Shown one piece after another: positions 37,665 to 51,240 of a stretch of 64,000 bases of DNA (the stretch's first letter is position 1; every line of letters begins with the position of its first letter). Location of the stretch: the NCBI RefSeq assembly GCF_964194155.1, contig NC_135879.1, positions 56,234,001-56,298,000 of the forward strand, written 5' to 3'. Position numbers and translations under genes: made by a program. This stretch comes from Cetorhinus maximus (Eukaryota). A model generated the notes under the pieces. The model did not search any database and was not told where the DNA came from. It saw only the letters and a list, made by a program, of their open reading frames with translations.

Positions 37665-40500
37665 TTCACAACATTCAAACATATGAATTAGGAGCAGTAG
37701 GAGGTGATTTGGCTCCTTGAGCCTGCTCTGCCAGTTGATAAGATCATAGCTGATCTGATTGTGGCCTCAACTCTACTTTCCTGTCTACCCCTTATCCCTT
37801 TGACTCCCTTGTCAATCAAGAATCTATCTACCTCTGCCTTAAAAATATTCAATGACCCTGCCTCCATTGCTGTCTGGGGAAGAGAATTCCACAGACCCTA
37901 TGAGAAAAAGAATTTCTCCTCATCTCCATCTTAAACGAGAGACCCCTTATTTTTAAACTGTGTCCCTTCTAGTCTCTCTCATAAGGGGAAACATCCTCTC
38001 AGCATCCACCCTTGTCAAGTTCCCTCAGGATATTAGATGTTTCAATAAGATCACCTCTCATCCTTCTAAATTCTAATGAGTACAGGCCCAACCCAGCCAA
38101 CCTTTCTTCATAAGGTAACCCCTTCATCCTAGGAATCGAATGAACCTTCTCTGAACTGCTTCTAAAACAATTATATCCTTTCTTAAATATGGAGACCAAA
38201 ACTGTACACTGTACTCCAGATGTGTTCTCACCAATGCCCTGTACAATTGTAGCAAAACTTCACTACCTTTATGTTCTATTCCCCTTGCAATAAACAAAAA
38301 CATTCCATTTGCCTTCCTAACCACTTGCTCTACCTGCATACTAACATTTTGTGATTCCTGACTTGGAAATATATCACCATTCCTTCACTGTCACTGGATC
38401 AAAATCCTGGAACTCCCTCCCTAACAGCACAGGGCCTGCAGCAGTTCAAGAAGGCAGCTCACCGCCATCTTCTCAAGGCCAATTAAGGATAGGCAATAAA
38501 TCCCTTTGTAGACTCTTTATGTCCTCCTCACAACTTATTTTCCTAACTATCTTTGTGTCATCAGCAAATCTAGCAACCATACATTTGGTCCCTTCATCCT
38601 AGTCATTTATATATATAGTAAATAGTTGAGGCTCAGCACTGATCCCTTTGACACCCCACTAGTTACAGCTTGCCAACCTGAAAAGGACCCATTTATCCCT
38701 GCTCTCTTCTTCTTGTTAGCTAACCAACTTTCTAGCCATGATAATATGTTACCCCCTACACCATAAGCTCTTTTTTGTGTAATAACCTTTGATGTGAAAC
38801 CTTATCAAGCACCTTTTGGAAATCCAAGTACACCACATCTACAGGTTCCCCTTTATCCATATTACTTATTACTTCCTCAAAGAACTCTAATAAATTAGTC
38901 AAACATGATTTCTCTTTCACCTAACCACGTTGATTGTGCCTTATTGCATTAAAATTATCTAAATGCCCTGCTTTAACATTCTTAATAGATTGACCTATGA
39001 CAGATGTTAGGCTAACTGGCCTGTAGTTTCCTGCTTTCTGTTTCCCTCCTTCCTTGACTAGAGGAGTTACATTCGCTATTTGCCAATCTGATGGGATCTT
39101 TCCAAAATCTAGAGAATTTTGGAAAATTACAACCAATGCACTGACTACCTCAGCAGCCACTTCTTTTAAGACCCTAGGATGAAGTCCTTCAGGTCCTGGT
39201 GATGTGCCAGCCTTTAGTTCTAAAAGTTTTCTCAGTACTGTTTCCCTGGTAATTGCAATTGTTTTAAATGCCTCCCTCCCTTTCACCTCTTGATTTACAA
39301 GTATATATGGAATGTTACTTGTGTCTTCTACAATGAAGACAGTCACAAAATATCTGTTTAACACTTTCGCCATTTCCTTATTTCCCATTATCATTTCCCC
39401 AGAGCCACTCTCTGGAGGAATCATGCACACTTTAGTTACTCTTTTCCTTTTTAAATACTCGTAGAAACTCTTACAATCTTTTTATATTTCTAGTTAGCCT
39501 TCTCTCTTACTCTAATTTCTCCCTCCTTAGTACTTTTTAGTCATTCTTTGCTGGTTTTAAAATTCTATCCAATCTTTTGACCTACCACTTTGCAGAATTG
39601 TATGCTTTTTCTTGCATCTGATACTATCTTTCTTAGTTATCCACGGATGGTGCATACCTTTGTAATTGCCTTTACGTTTAAAACACTAGTTTTAAACCTA
39701 CTCTTCCTCAAACTTATGTGAAATTCAATTATGTTATGCTCACTACTACCTAGAGGCTCCTTTGCTATGAGGCAATTAATTAACCTTGCTTCATTGCACA
39801 TTACCAGGTCTAGAATAGCCCGCTCCCTAGTTGGTTCTAGAACGTGCTGCTCTAAGAAATTTCCAAAAGCACTCTATTAACTCATCTTCCAGGATACCTT
39901 TGCTGATCTAATTCATCCATTCTATGTTATTTCTTCCTGTATACCCGTCCTACAATGTAGTTACTGTTAGAAGGCCTATAAACTACTTCCATAGTTGACT
40001 TCTTACCTTTGTTGTTTCTTATCTCTACCCAAATTGACTCTACATCTTGAAATTTAAAACTAAAGTAATCTCTCACTATTGTACTAATGTCATCATTAAC
40101 TAACAGAGCAACCTCATCACCTTATCCTAGCTTCCTGTCCTTCTGAAATGTCAAGTACACTTGAATATTTAAGTCTCCAGCCTTGGTCACCAGGCTACAG
40201 CTCTGTAATGGCTATCAGATCATATATATTTATTTCTATTTGAGCTGACAATTCATCTGTTTTATTACGAATGCTATGGGCATTGAAATACAGAGCCTTT
40301 AGTTCTGACTTTTTGCTATTTTTGCAAACTCTGGCCTTATCTGCAGTCGCATTCTTAAGTTTGTACACTGTCCCTTCCTGCCACACTCTGATCATCCGAT
40401 TATTGCTTGTTATTACCTTGCTTCTTGCCTTGTCCTTTCCTTTAATTTACCACATCTTCCCTCATGTGATCCTTTGCCCCCACTATTTAGTTTAAAGCCC
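37665..40500 (-). mobile_element. Long CR1 ORF2 relic (endonuclease start to 3' tail)
   Basis: ALYFNAHSIRNK..DLIAITE (APE start), GPEGLHPRVLKE, NYRPVSLTS and QFWSPYLRKD. Contains a short LINE-tail insert at ~38355-38500. Confidence 0.9.
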
Positions 40501-41399
40501 TTTCTAATGCCACTCTACAACTATCCACAGTGGTTTTATGGTCAAGCTTGGTTCATTGATCTTTGATGCTCTCTTTGTAGATCAGTCCTATGTAGCTGAG
40601 CACCTCTAACCTAGTGTGATTGCTGTGGAGAAAATCCTGCACACACCTCAATGCTGGTAATAAGATATTCTACCAAAGTATTTCAGCTGTGTTTTGAGGA
40701 CTTAAAGTTTCTGGATGTACCACCGCATCCATTTAGAAAATGCTGATAGCTTCCATATAGAAATATGGTCAATTGTAACTTTTCAGCAAAATAAATTTTA
40801 CAGCTCTCCAGACGTCACAATTAGTTCATCCAGTGAGTGATGGAGCTACTAAAGATACAGGTTCAATCCAGTTTGTGTTGAGTTAACCAATCTAGGTTAG
40901 GGTTTCAGTAAGGGAGTCACAATTGCCTTAGTATCCCAAGGTTAGGGAGTGTAAAATGGCCAGAGTGGTCCTTCTTAATCACTGTCCTTGACAACTGGTA
41001 AAAATGTATAAGTTTGGATGTCAGGTGCATACATGATCAGGCTGCAGCTGACAGGAACGACTTGTGAGTGTGATATTATAGGAGCAAAATAACAATGTGG
41101 ATGATTTAATATTTATTTCTATTTTAGTATTTTAGTTTAATTTTAGTTGTGGAGGCTCTGATATTATAAATGGTGCTCTCACCTCCGGAAATGTCCTTCT
41201 CCTTTTTAAAAACTGCCATCTTCAACTTTTCTTTAAAAAAACCCTCTGATTTCTCTGTCCTTGCTAATGCTGCCCCAATTTCCCTTTCCTTTTCGAAGTC
41301 GTTGAACATGTTGCCAACCTGTGCCACAACTCTGTTTTTGAATTCCTCCAGTCAGGTTTCCAACCTTGCCCCAGGACTGAAACAACCCTAATTTGTTGA

Positions 41400-42075
41400 G
41401 AGTCATTGAGTCATAACACCACAGAAGGATCCCTGCGGGCTCTCTAGAGTAATCTAGTCAGTCCCATTCTTCTGCTCTATCCTCATAGCCCTGCAAGTTT
41501 ATTTCCCTCAAGTGCCCATCGAATTTCCTTTTGAAATCATTCATCATCTCTACCTCCATCACCCTCATAGGCAGCAAGTTCCAGTTCATTACCATTCACT
41601 GCGTTATAAAGTTCTTCTTCACGTCCCTCATGCCTCTCTTACCCAAAACTGTAAATCTGCATTCCCTAGTTCTAATCAGCTAGTAGGAAAAACTTTTCTT
41701 TGTCTAATTTATTTAAACCTGTCATCATCTTGTAGACCTCTATCAGATCTCCCCTCAACCTCCTTTGCTCCAAGGAGAACAACCACAGCCTCTCCAACCT
41801 AACCTTGTAGCTAAATTCCCTCATCCCTGCAACCATTCTTGTAAATCTCCTCTGCACCCTATCCTTCTTAAAGTGTGGTGACCAAAACTGGATGCAGTAC
41901 TCTCAATGTGTGCTATTCAGAGCATGATGAAGGTTCAGCATAACTTGCCTACTTTTGTACTCTATACCTCCATTTTTGAAGCCCAAGCTCCCATATGCTT
42001 TGCTAACTACTCTCTGAATGTGTTTGCCACCTTCAAACATCTATACATATGAAACCCCAGGTCCCTCTGTACCTG
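41400..42075 (-). mobile_element. CR1 3' fragment
   Basis: QRRFTRMVAGMR...LFSLEQRRLRGDLIEVYK. Confidence 0.8.
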
Positions 42076-42109
42076 GTTCTAGTAATCAGGGTTACATATT
42101 ACATCCTTT

Positions 42110-42600
42110 GCAGCCTTTGGCACAGTTGACCACACCATCTTGCTTCAAAACCTTTCCTTCATTGTCCAGGTTAGTGTGACTGCCTCATTTGGTTCCACTT
42201 TTACCTATCCCATCATAGCCAGGGAATCTATAGCAATGGCTTCTCACCCATCCATAATCCATTACTTTTATAATCACCAAAGATCTATCTTTGACATCTT
42301 TCTCATCTATATGCTATCCCTTGGCAACATAATTTAAAGACACGAGGTCAGTTTACACTTGCACATCAATGAAACCCAGTTGTACCTCTCTGCAGTCTTT
42401 TTCAACTGCTCCACTTACTGAAGTCATCACGTTGGGTCCCCTCTATAAACTCCATATCCTTTCCATTGATTCCATTTCCCTCCCAAGCCACTGTCACAAA
42501 TTGAACAAGATTGTCTGTAATCTCTGCATCCTACTCATCCCAAGCTAAGCATACAACCCATTAGCTTCTCCATCACAAAGACTGCTTATTTAAATCTCTA
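42110..42600 (+). mobile_element. Decayed L2 RT fragment
   Basis: GCAGCCTTTGGCACAGTTGACCAC (AAFDTVDH-like) and IYMLSLGNII. Confidence 0.55.
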
Positions 42601-42754
42601 TAATGGAACTTAGTATAGTTTTGGATAAGCTAAAATTTACATAATGTGCAAAACAGAATCCTAGACAGAAGAGGATTGAAATAACCATGTCTAGGAATTA
42701 TAAAGGCATGGATGAGACTTTCACAAGCGGCTGAAGCAGCCCTTGTCCACAGGC

Positions 42755-43300
42755 AGCAAAATCTGGACAGAAATTTCAAGCTTGGGCTGATAATTGGCAA
42801 GGAACATTCGCACCACACAAGTGCCAGGCATCTCCAAAAAGAGAGAATCTAACCATCTCCCCTTGATATTCAATGGCATTAACATCACTGAATCTGATGC
42901 TATCAACATCCTGGGTAGGGGGGAAGGTTACCATTGACCAGAACCTGAACTGGACCAGCCATATAAATGGGGTTATAAGAGCAGATCAGAGGCTGGGAAT
43001 TCTGCAGTGAGTAGCTCACCTGCCAATGCCTCAGAGCCTGTTCACCATCTGCAAGGCTCAAGTCAGGAATGTGATGGAATACTCTCCACTTGCCTGGTCG
43101 AGTGCAGCTCCAACAACACTCAAGAAGACCGACACCATCCAGGACAAAGCAGCCCACTTGATTGGCATCCCATCCACCACCTTAAGTATTCACTCCTTCC
43201 AACACCAAAGCACAGTAATAGCAGTTTGCACCATATAGAAGATGCACTGCAGCAATTCGTCAAGTCGCCTTTGACAGCACCTTCAAACCCGCAACCTCCA
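42755..43300 (+). mobile_element. Second CR1-group LINE family, ORF2 C-terminal fragment
   Basis: KAQVRNVMEYSPLAWSSAAPTTLKK.DTIQDKA; same family as 48420-50520. Confidence 0.75.
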
Positions 43301-43594
43301 AAATTGGCCACTCTCTAAATTTTCCCGTCCCGCCTGCGACGTTGTCCATCACTGGCGGAACCAGAAGATCCAGACCTAACACTTTCTAGATATGATTGTT
43401 GATTCAAGGTTACTCCTGACCTATTCTGATTAATGTCTCAGCCTTTATATTTAAAGGCCCCCTGAAGCCTGACTTACAATTTTAAATTCCTCTTTTATCT
43501 ATAACAAATTGCTCAAATTCTGCAGAGCCTCCCCATACAGCACAATAAAGATCATAAAGATGCCTGAGATTTTCTCTTTGTGATACTGCCAAAC

Positions 43595-43925
43595 GGGGAG
43601 ATGGTGGTGTAGTGGTAATGTCACTGGATTAGTACTCTGGGGACATAGGCTCAAATCTCACCATAGTAGCTGGAGAAATTTAAATTTAATTAAATCTGGA
43701 ATTGAAAGCTAGTCTCCAATAATCAATTGTCTTACAAATCCATCAGGTTCGTTCATGTTTGGGGAAAGAAATCTGCCATCCTTACCTGGTCTGGCCTACA
43801 TGTGACTCTAGGCCCACAGTATGCTTGATTCTTAACTGCCCTCTGAAATGCTGAGCAAGCCATTTAGTTCAAGGGCAATTATGGATGGCTTTGTCAGTGA
43901 CTCCTATATCCAATGAAAGAATAAA
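43595..43925 (+). mobile_element. tRNA-derived SINE (family B)
   Basis: GGTGGTGTAGTGG A-box-like head, core AATCTGCCATCCTTACCTGGTCTGGCCTACATGTGACTC, and tail CAAGGGCAATT...AATAAA shared with LINE family B. Confidence 0.75.
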
Positions 43926-44221
43926 TTTTAAAAGACTGATGTAACTGAGAAATGCTATACCCCCAACATGTCATTTAGTTTCCGCAGCTTCCCCCCCTAC
44001 ATCACTTGTTTCTTTAGATGGTTTCAAAAACACTTCTCTTTGAAATATTTTACCCTGCAAAAATGTGCCTTTTATATTGATACATTGCCACGAATATGTG
44101 GCTAACAGAGCTAACAAAAGTTTCAAGATCACTTTTCCTGCTGTGGGGGAGTCCACTCTAACATCTTGATTATAAAGTCTCTCTTCGAAATCCTGAGCCA
44201 CTAGTCTTGCTTTAGCCTTGT

Positions 44222-44590
44222 ATTTTTTTTAAATTTATTTACAGAATGTAGGCGTCTCTGCCTAGGCCAGCATTTATTACGCATCCCTAATTGCCCTTGA
44301 GAAGGTGGTGGTGAGCTGCCTTCTTGAACTGCTACAATCCACATGGTGTAGGTACACCCACAGTGCTGTTAGGAAAGGAGTTCCAGGATTTTGACCCAGC
44401 AACAGTGAAGGAACGGCGATATATTTCCAAGTAAGGATGATGACTGGCTTGGAGGGGAACTTCTAGGTGGTGGTCTTCCCATCTATCTGCTGCCCTTGTC
44501 CTTCTAGACGATAGCGGTCGTGGGTTTGGAAGGTGCTGCCTAAGGAGCCTTGGTGAATTCCTGCAGTGCATCTTGTAGAGCAGAATACTG
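44222..44590 (-). mobile_element. LINE family B 3' tail inserted into copia pol
   Basis: RRSFTVAGSKSWNSFPNS peptide and an A-rich tail next to the copia RT. Confidence 0.8.
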
Positions 44591-46811
44591 CTGTCATTGT
44601 TCGTCAGTAGTGCAGACTAGTTTTTTCAGCCTTGTATGTCAATCTGGGAGTTCTTTTTCTACACATATCCATCTATGTGATACAAATTATAGTCTCTTCA
44701 AGGGTCAGGGGATTTTCACACAGCGCAGAAGGTTTTTTGGGATTCCTCCCATGGACCAACTGATATGGATTATAGCCCCCAACCATTTGAAGTGAACTCT
44801 TCACATAGACTGCCTATATCAGGGCAGTTATTAGCTAGCAGTTTGATTGGCTAAGATCTTATGAAGCACCTCATTGATCACCATATGATTTCTTTCAGAG
44901 TCCATTACTGAAAGGACTTTCAGCTGCAGTGTTCATAACTACAATGTTCATATTTTCGCATGTTTCTAAACTCGTCATTGGCAAATTCTGTCTATTGTCA
45001 GTCAGGAATTTAGCAGTGCTCCCAGTCCGGTCCCTGTCCATTTTACCATGATTTTATCTGCAATCACTTCTTTGTCTTTACCATGTATTACTGTAGAAAG
45101 GCTGGATCTGGTTGTCATGTCCATAACATGCAAGATGAAAATGTTTCTGTCCTTGTCCCACACCTTTAAATCCATAGCTGCTACTTCATTAAAGCCTTAC
45201 AATAGACTGTGAAGGTGTCCTCTGATACTTTTTGCATATATCACATTTTTCACTAATTTGTTCAATGAGCTTTGTGTACTCATCATCAACCACCCCTGCA
45301 TCCTTTAGTAGGAATTTTGATCTGTGACAAGAGGGATAGAAGCAAATTGTCAATTTAACTTTAAGACAATTTGCCTTTTTTCTCTCAAACTGCTCTCACC
45401 TGATGCCACTAACTCTTCTTTAATATCCTGATTAGAGATGCAAGGTTTTGTTAAAGAGATGCAAAAATGTCCTGATTGGGTAAATTGCAAATCTACTGAT
45501 TTTCCAAAGACAATTGCTTTATCATGTTCCATGTCTAGTTTCATTTGTGCCCTTTTCATGGAAGGCTTGATCAGCAGCAAGGATATCTCACTAGATACCA
45601 CATCTGTATCATAATCACCACTCTTTTCAGTGCTCTCAATGTGTTGTCATCCCCGAACCTGAAGCAAGCAGAACTTGCATATTCCCTGACCTTACTTTGA
45701 TCCTTGCTACTGAGTGAATCTAAATAACATTTCAACCAATCTATTCCACATACTGTCAATGTGCAACCACTATCCAACACAGCACAATTAAGTGAATCCG
45801 CGACTAGTACACTTATTACCGGACTGATGCTTCTTGTGACCAGTACAACTCCCTCAGACTGATCAATATCATCTTCAACTTCCAAACGTTCCATGTCACA
45901 CATTGCTTCAGAAACCGTGTTGTTCCACTTTGAACAATTTACTGCATAATGATATTTTGAGTCACACCTGAAACACCTGTTAACAGTTCCCCGGGCATTC
46001 CTGGGTTTCTATCATCTATTATTATTACTTTAATCCTGTCATCCGTGAGATCTGCTAAAAATGTCTCCATCCTAATTTCTTTTGTCTGTGATTCTTCTGT
46101 TGTATTGATGCCTGCACCCCAGATCTGAACATCTCGAAAGGCTGTGATCATTGAGTCCCCCATCTTCTCTGCCATGAAGGCAGCTGGAAATGACTGCTTT
46201 CCCAGGAATTTTTTTTAAAGAATCAGACATTTGATCCAAAAGCATATCTTTCTGAGAATGTTAAGACCAGGAGCCTAACCATTTGCAACACTTCAGCACA
46301 ATCCAACAATTTGAAAGCGAGCACTGAACAAGAAATTTCCAAATTTCTGCAATCTTTTATATACTCTATTAAAATGCATGATGTATTTCTCTATGGAATA
46401 ACCATCCATCTTTCTAAATCTATCAAAGTCTGACCATGATTCATAGGCATTTAATAGATCATCTTTCTTATACATTTTCTCCATGAAACATAATAGGATA
46501 TCCAAATCTTCATGAGTGTCCGACTGATGGGCACCCAGTTCACAAAAACCTTTGCTGCTGATTTTGCTTTTATCAGCAAATGACAATGCCAAGGCCATCC
46601 TTTGTTTTCTCTTCGGTAAAGCTGTGACCCATGTCCATATAGCCCCTATATTTTTCCACTTGTTATACGGTTCGGATTCAGAGAATAGCGGTGGGTAATC
46701 ATCCCCTGACACTTTATTCCTGCTTTCAACCATTTTCTTTCACAAAAGTAACTCAGATTACAATCTTCTGTCTGAAAAAAAAATCTTAGCTTCCAAAATT
46801 CACCTTTAGGC

Positions 46812-46829
46812 AACCATCCTCTGCTACCA
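46812..46829 (-). other. Primer-binding site complementary to the initiator tRNA-Met 3' end
   Basis: TGGTAGCAGAGGATGGTT; the plus strand AACCATCCTCTGCTACCA equals the 3' 18 nt of vertebrate tRNA-iMet including CCA. Confidence 0.9.
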
Positions 46830-47047
46830 TGTTAATCCAATCCCAAGCTAGTTGGTGAAGTATGAAACTAGACACTACTATTTTTCTTGCTAATGAGTTT
46901 ATTCACAGAATGCAGCATTACATATGTTTGCTTCCTACTCACAAGCCCAGTGTCCCAGCAATCTCCTTCTATACTCTTTTGAGAGAACAGTTAAACAAAT
47001 AGGCAAATTCAATTAAAATGATAGCCCCTTAAAAGGGCACTGTAACA
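46830..47047 (-). repeat. 5' LTR of the copia element (218 bp)
   Basis: TGTTA...TAACA inverted termini, minus-strand AATAAA, directly abutting the PBS. Confidence 0.85.
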
Positions 47048-48014
47048 AAAGTCAAAATTTTTTTTAAGGAAACTTAAGTAACTAAATTAAAATGATGTTC
47101 CCAGAGCTGATGATGATGCCAGCCTCTGCGGTGCTCACCAGTCACAGAAGGAATTTCTTTCTGTAAGTGCTTTAAGCACTTAATTAAACAATGCCCTTCA
47201 CCTGTGCACATTAACAATATAATTAACATACCATCAACATTGATTTTGCTTTCGTCACCATCTAATCTGCACAATATTATCAAGAGGTATACAATAATGA
47301 CCATCTATACTAATACCACAAGGTAGGAAATTATTTGCACCCAGGTGTGAATCTGTATGTTGGTCCTTCAGTGTGGACTGGGCATTTACACTCATAACGA
47401 GTCTTACTGAGGAGAGGGAGTTTGGAGCACACTTGCAGTACTCCTACTTGCATGGTTCACCCTTGCCTTTGAGTCAGAAGGTTGTGGGTTCATGTCCCAC
47501 TCCCGGAAAACCAAAAACTATGAATGTGCTCGAAAGAGTTACAATCTGTGACTGTTGATAACTCGAAAGAGTTACTTGCATGGTTCCTTCATGCGCTTTG
47601 CATATATGGTAGGAGTCACTCTATGAGCCTTTATGGTGGGATGTTATCACAGCACACCACCAACCCCCAGCCCCCACCAACGCCCCCCGCCCCTCACCCG
47701 CCCGCCTGCATGGGGCGAACTTTGGTGCTATTTCCTCCTTTCGTTTCGGATCCAAATGTCCACATGTACCATTGATAGGAGGTCTATGACTTTCACCCCT
47801 GATGATTGTGGATGGTGAGAGATATGCTGTTTGTTTTAAATACCGTTATCCATGTGGTAATTTGGTAAAAGAATTCATCAGTAACGTGATCTGTGATTAC
47901 AATCAACTTGGATTGGCACTCCCCATGTGCAGATCATCTCACTCAATAATATTCCTTAACATTCCTTATTGTTTTGCAGAGGTGTTGTTAATTCAAAATT
48001 ATTGGCAAGTTGTA

Positions 48015-48340
48015 AGTGTGGCGGCGTAGTATTGTCACGGGACTGGTAATCCAGAGACCCAGGAAGTTTCCTCTGGGGACCCAGGTTTAAATTCAATAAA
48101 AATCTGGAATTAAAAGTCTGATGATGAACCTGAAACTATTGTCAATTGTAGTAAAAATTGATTTGGTTCACTAATGTCCTTTAGTGAAGGAAATCTGCCG
48201 TCCTTACCTGGTCCTTACCTACATGTGGCTCCAGATCCACAGTAATGTGGTTGACTCTTAAATGCCCTCTGAAATGGCCTGGCAAGCCACTCAGTTGTAT
48301 CAAACCACTAAAAATGAATGAAACCCGATGGACCTAGGTG
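48015..48340 (+). mobile_element. tRNA-derived SINE (family B) copy
   Basis: GTGGCGGCGTAGTATTGTCAC head; same core as 43595-43925. Confidence 0.75.
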
Positions 48341-48419
48341 CCGGAAACAACAGTGGCAACCCAGCCCTGTCAACCCTGGAACTCCCTAACACCACTGTGG
48401 GTGTACCTACACCATGTGG

Positions 48420-50525
48420 ACTGAACCACTGCAGTGCTGTTAGAAAGGGCGTTCTAGGATTTTGACCCAGCTACAGTGAAGGAACGGCGATATAATTCCA
48501 AGCTAGGATGGTGTGTGACTTGGAGGGGAACTTCCAGCTGGTGGTATTCCCAAGCATCTGCTGCCTTTGTCCTTCTAGGTGGTAGAGGTTGTGGGTTTGG
48601 AAGCTGCTATCTAAGGAACCTTTGTGCCATTCAAGCGGGCTGCTTGCTGCATTTGGACATGGACTGCTTCAGAGTTGCAATGGTGTTGAACATCGTGCAA
48701 TCATCAGCGAGCATCCCCGCTTCTCACCTTATGATGGAGGGAAGGTTATTGATGAAGCAGCTGAAGATGGTTGGGCCTAGGACACTACCCTGAGGAATTC
48801 CTGCAGTAATGCCCTGGGACTGAGATGATTGACCTCCAACAACCACAACCATATTGCTCTGCGCTAGGTTTGACTCCAATCAGTGGACAGTTTTCCCCCT
48901 TATTCCCATTGACTCCAGTTTAGTGAGGGCTCCTTGATGCCACATTCGGTCAAATGCTTGCTTGATGTCAAGGACGGTCACTCATTCATCTCATGAGTTT
49001 CAGCTCTTTTGTCCATATTTGAACCAAGGCTGTAATGTGGTCTGGACCTGAGTAGCCCTGGCAGAAACCAAACTGAGCGTCAGTGAGCAAGTTATTGCTG
49101 AGTAAGTACCGGTTAATCGTACCGTCGATGACACCTTCCATCACTTTGCTGGTGATCAAGACTAGACTGATGGGGTGACAATTAGCCAGTTTGGATTTGT
49201 TCTGCTTTTTGTGGACAGGGCACACATGGGCAATTTTCCACATTGCCGGGTAGATGCCAGCGTTGTAGCGTACTGGAATAGCTTGTCTAGGGGCACAGCA
49301 AGTTCTGGAGCACAGTTCTATTGCCGGAATATTGTCAGGGCCCGTAGCCTTTGCAGTATCCAGTGCCTTCAGCCGTTTCTTGTGGATTGAATTGAATTGG
49401 CTGAAGACTGACATCTATGATGTTGGGGATTCAGGAGGAGGCCAAAATGGATCATTTAATCGGCACTTCTGGCTGAAGATGGCTCCAAATGCTTCAGCTT
49501 TGTCTTTGGCACTGATATGCTGGGCACCCCCATCGTTGAGAATGGGGATATTTGTGGAGTCTGCTCCTCCAGCGAGTTGTTTAATTGTCCACCACCATTC
49601 ACGACTGGATATGGCAGGACTTAGAGCTTGGATTTGATCCTTTGGCTGTGGGATCGCTTAGCTCTGTTGATTGCATGCTGCGTCTGCTGTTTGACACACA
49701 ACCAGTCCTGTGTTGTAGCTTCATCAGGTTGACATCTCATTTTTAGGTATGCCTGGTGCTGCTCCTGACATGTCCTCCTGCACTGTTCATTGAACCAGGG
49801 TTGATCCCCCAGCTTGATGGTAATGGTAGAGTGGAGGATCTGCCGAGCCATGAGGTTACAGATTGGGGTTGAGTACAATTTTGCTGCTACTGATGGCCTA
49901 CAGCACCTCATGGATGTTCAGTTTTGAGTTGCTAGATCTGTTCGAACTCTATTCCATTTAGCATGGTGATAGTGCCACACAACACGATGCAGGGTATCCT
50001 CAATGTGAAGGCGGGCCTTCGACTCCGCAAGAACTGTGCGTGGTCACTCCATCTGATACTGTCACAGACAGATCTATCTGTGGCAGGTAGATCGGTGAGG
50101 ATGAAGTCAAGTAGGTTTATTCCCCTTGTTGGTCCCCTCACCACCTGCGGCAGACCTGGCCTAGCATCTATGTCCTTTAGGACTCGGCCAGCTCGGTTTG
50201 TGGTGATGCTACTGAGCCACTCTTGCTGATGGACATTGAAGACCCCCACCCAGAGTACATTCTGACCCCCACCCATGTCATTCTCAGTGCTTCCTCCAAG
50301 TGGCGTTCAACATGGAGGGGCACTGATTCATCAGCTGAGGTGGGGGAGCAGTTCGTGGTAATCAGCAGGAGGTTTCCTTGCCCATGTCTGATACCATGGG
50401 ACTTCATGGGGTCTGGATTCGATGTTGAGGACTCCCAGGGCAACTCCCTCCCAACTGCATACCACTGTACCGCCACAGTGAAGGGTGGTGAAGGGTGATG
50501 GTGGTGTCTGAGACATTGTCTGTAA
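48420..50525 (-). mobile_element. CR1-group LINE family B, endonuclease-RT relic with internal deletions
   Basis: Peptides GVFNVH, NLLDFILTD, PWFNEQC, KATGPDNIP, PISLVLITSKVME and AQFGF. Confidence 0.85.
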
Positions 50526-50859
50526 GGTATGATTCCCTAAGTTGGAAGCTCAGCTCAAGATCAACTAGAACGCAGATGTTGCAAACAATCTGGTTCAACC
50601 TGAGACAGTGACCAGGGAAAGGGCTGGAGCTGGTATTGAGGGTATGGATATGTGGTGGAGCTCAAATATGTTAACTTTAGTCTTCCCAAGGTTTAACGGG
50701 AGAAAAACACAGCAGCAGTGGTGGAATCAAAGAAAGTAATGGACAGGCAGAACTGGGGGGCATCAGTTTCCTTGTGAACACTGATTTCATGTATTATTGT
50801 AAGTGTTAATGCCATGTTCTTCTGTTTTCCTACATCCACCAATCCTCTGAGTGTAGACA

Positions 50860-51240
50860 ATTGACGGGTGATTTGATTGAGGTGTTTTAAAAAAAAAGGA
50901 TTTAATCGGGTAGATAAAGATAATCTATGTCTTCTGGAGGATTCCAGAACAAGAGTGCGTAATCTTAAACTTAGAGACCAGCCATCTAAGAGTGAAATCA
51001 AAAAGCACTTCTCTACACAAAGGGTAGTAAAAATCTGAACTCTCTATACAAAGAGCTATAGATGCTGGATCAACTGACATTTTCAAGACTGTGATCAATA
51101 GATTCTCGTTAGGAAAAGATATCAAATGATATGGAGCAAAAGCAGGTAAATGGGATAAATGTACAGATCAGCCTGATCTTATTGAATGGCAGAACAGGCT
51201 TAACAGACTTCATGGTCTACTCCTGTTTCCATGTTCCATT
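50860..51240 (+). mobile_element. CR1 3' end
   Basis: GGGTGATTTGATTGAGGTGTTTT (GDLIEVF) through a CR1 tail. Confidence 0.75.

Larger units (their letters stand above)
43950..47047 (-). mobile_element. Decayed Ty1/copia LTR retrotransposon: 5' LTR, PBS, gag-PR-IN-RT; 3'-truncated
   Basis: Gag PPLFSESEPYNKWK, zinc knuckle CFRCDSKYHYAVNC, protease AVLDSGC, integrase remnants (KCDICKK), RT KARLVAQDFEE/DSPT/IKGTFLQG. IN precedes RT. Confidence 0.88.

Noticed and set aside
46812-46829. tRNA-Met gene
   Set aside because: Only the 3' 18 nt including CCA are present, next to an LTR, so it is a PBS. The SINE heads are likewise not functional tRNAs.
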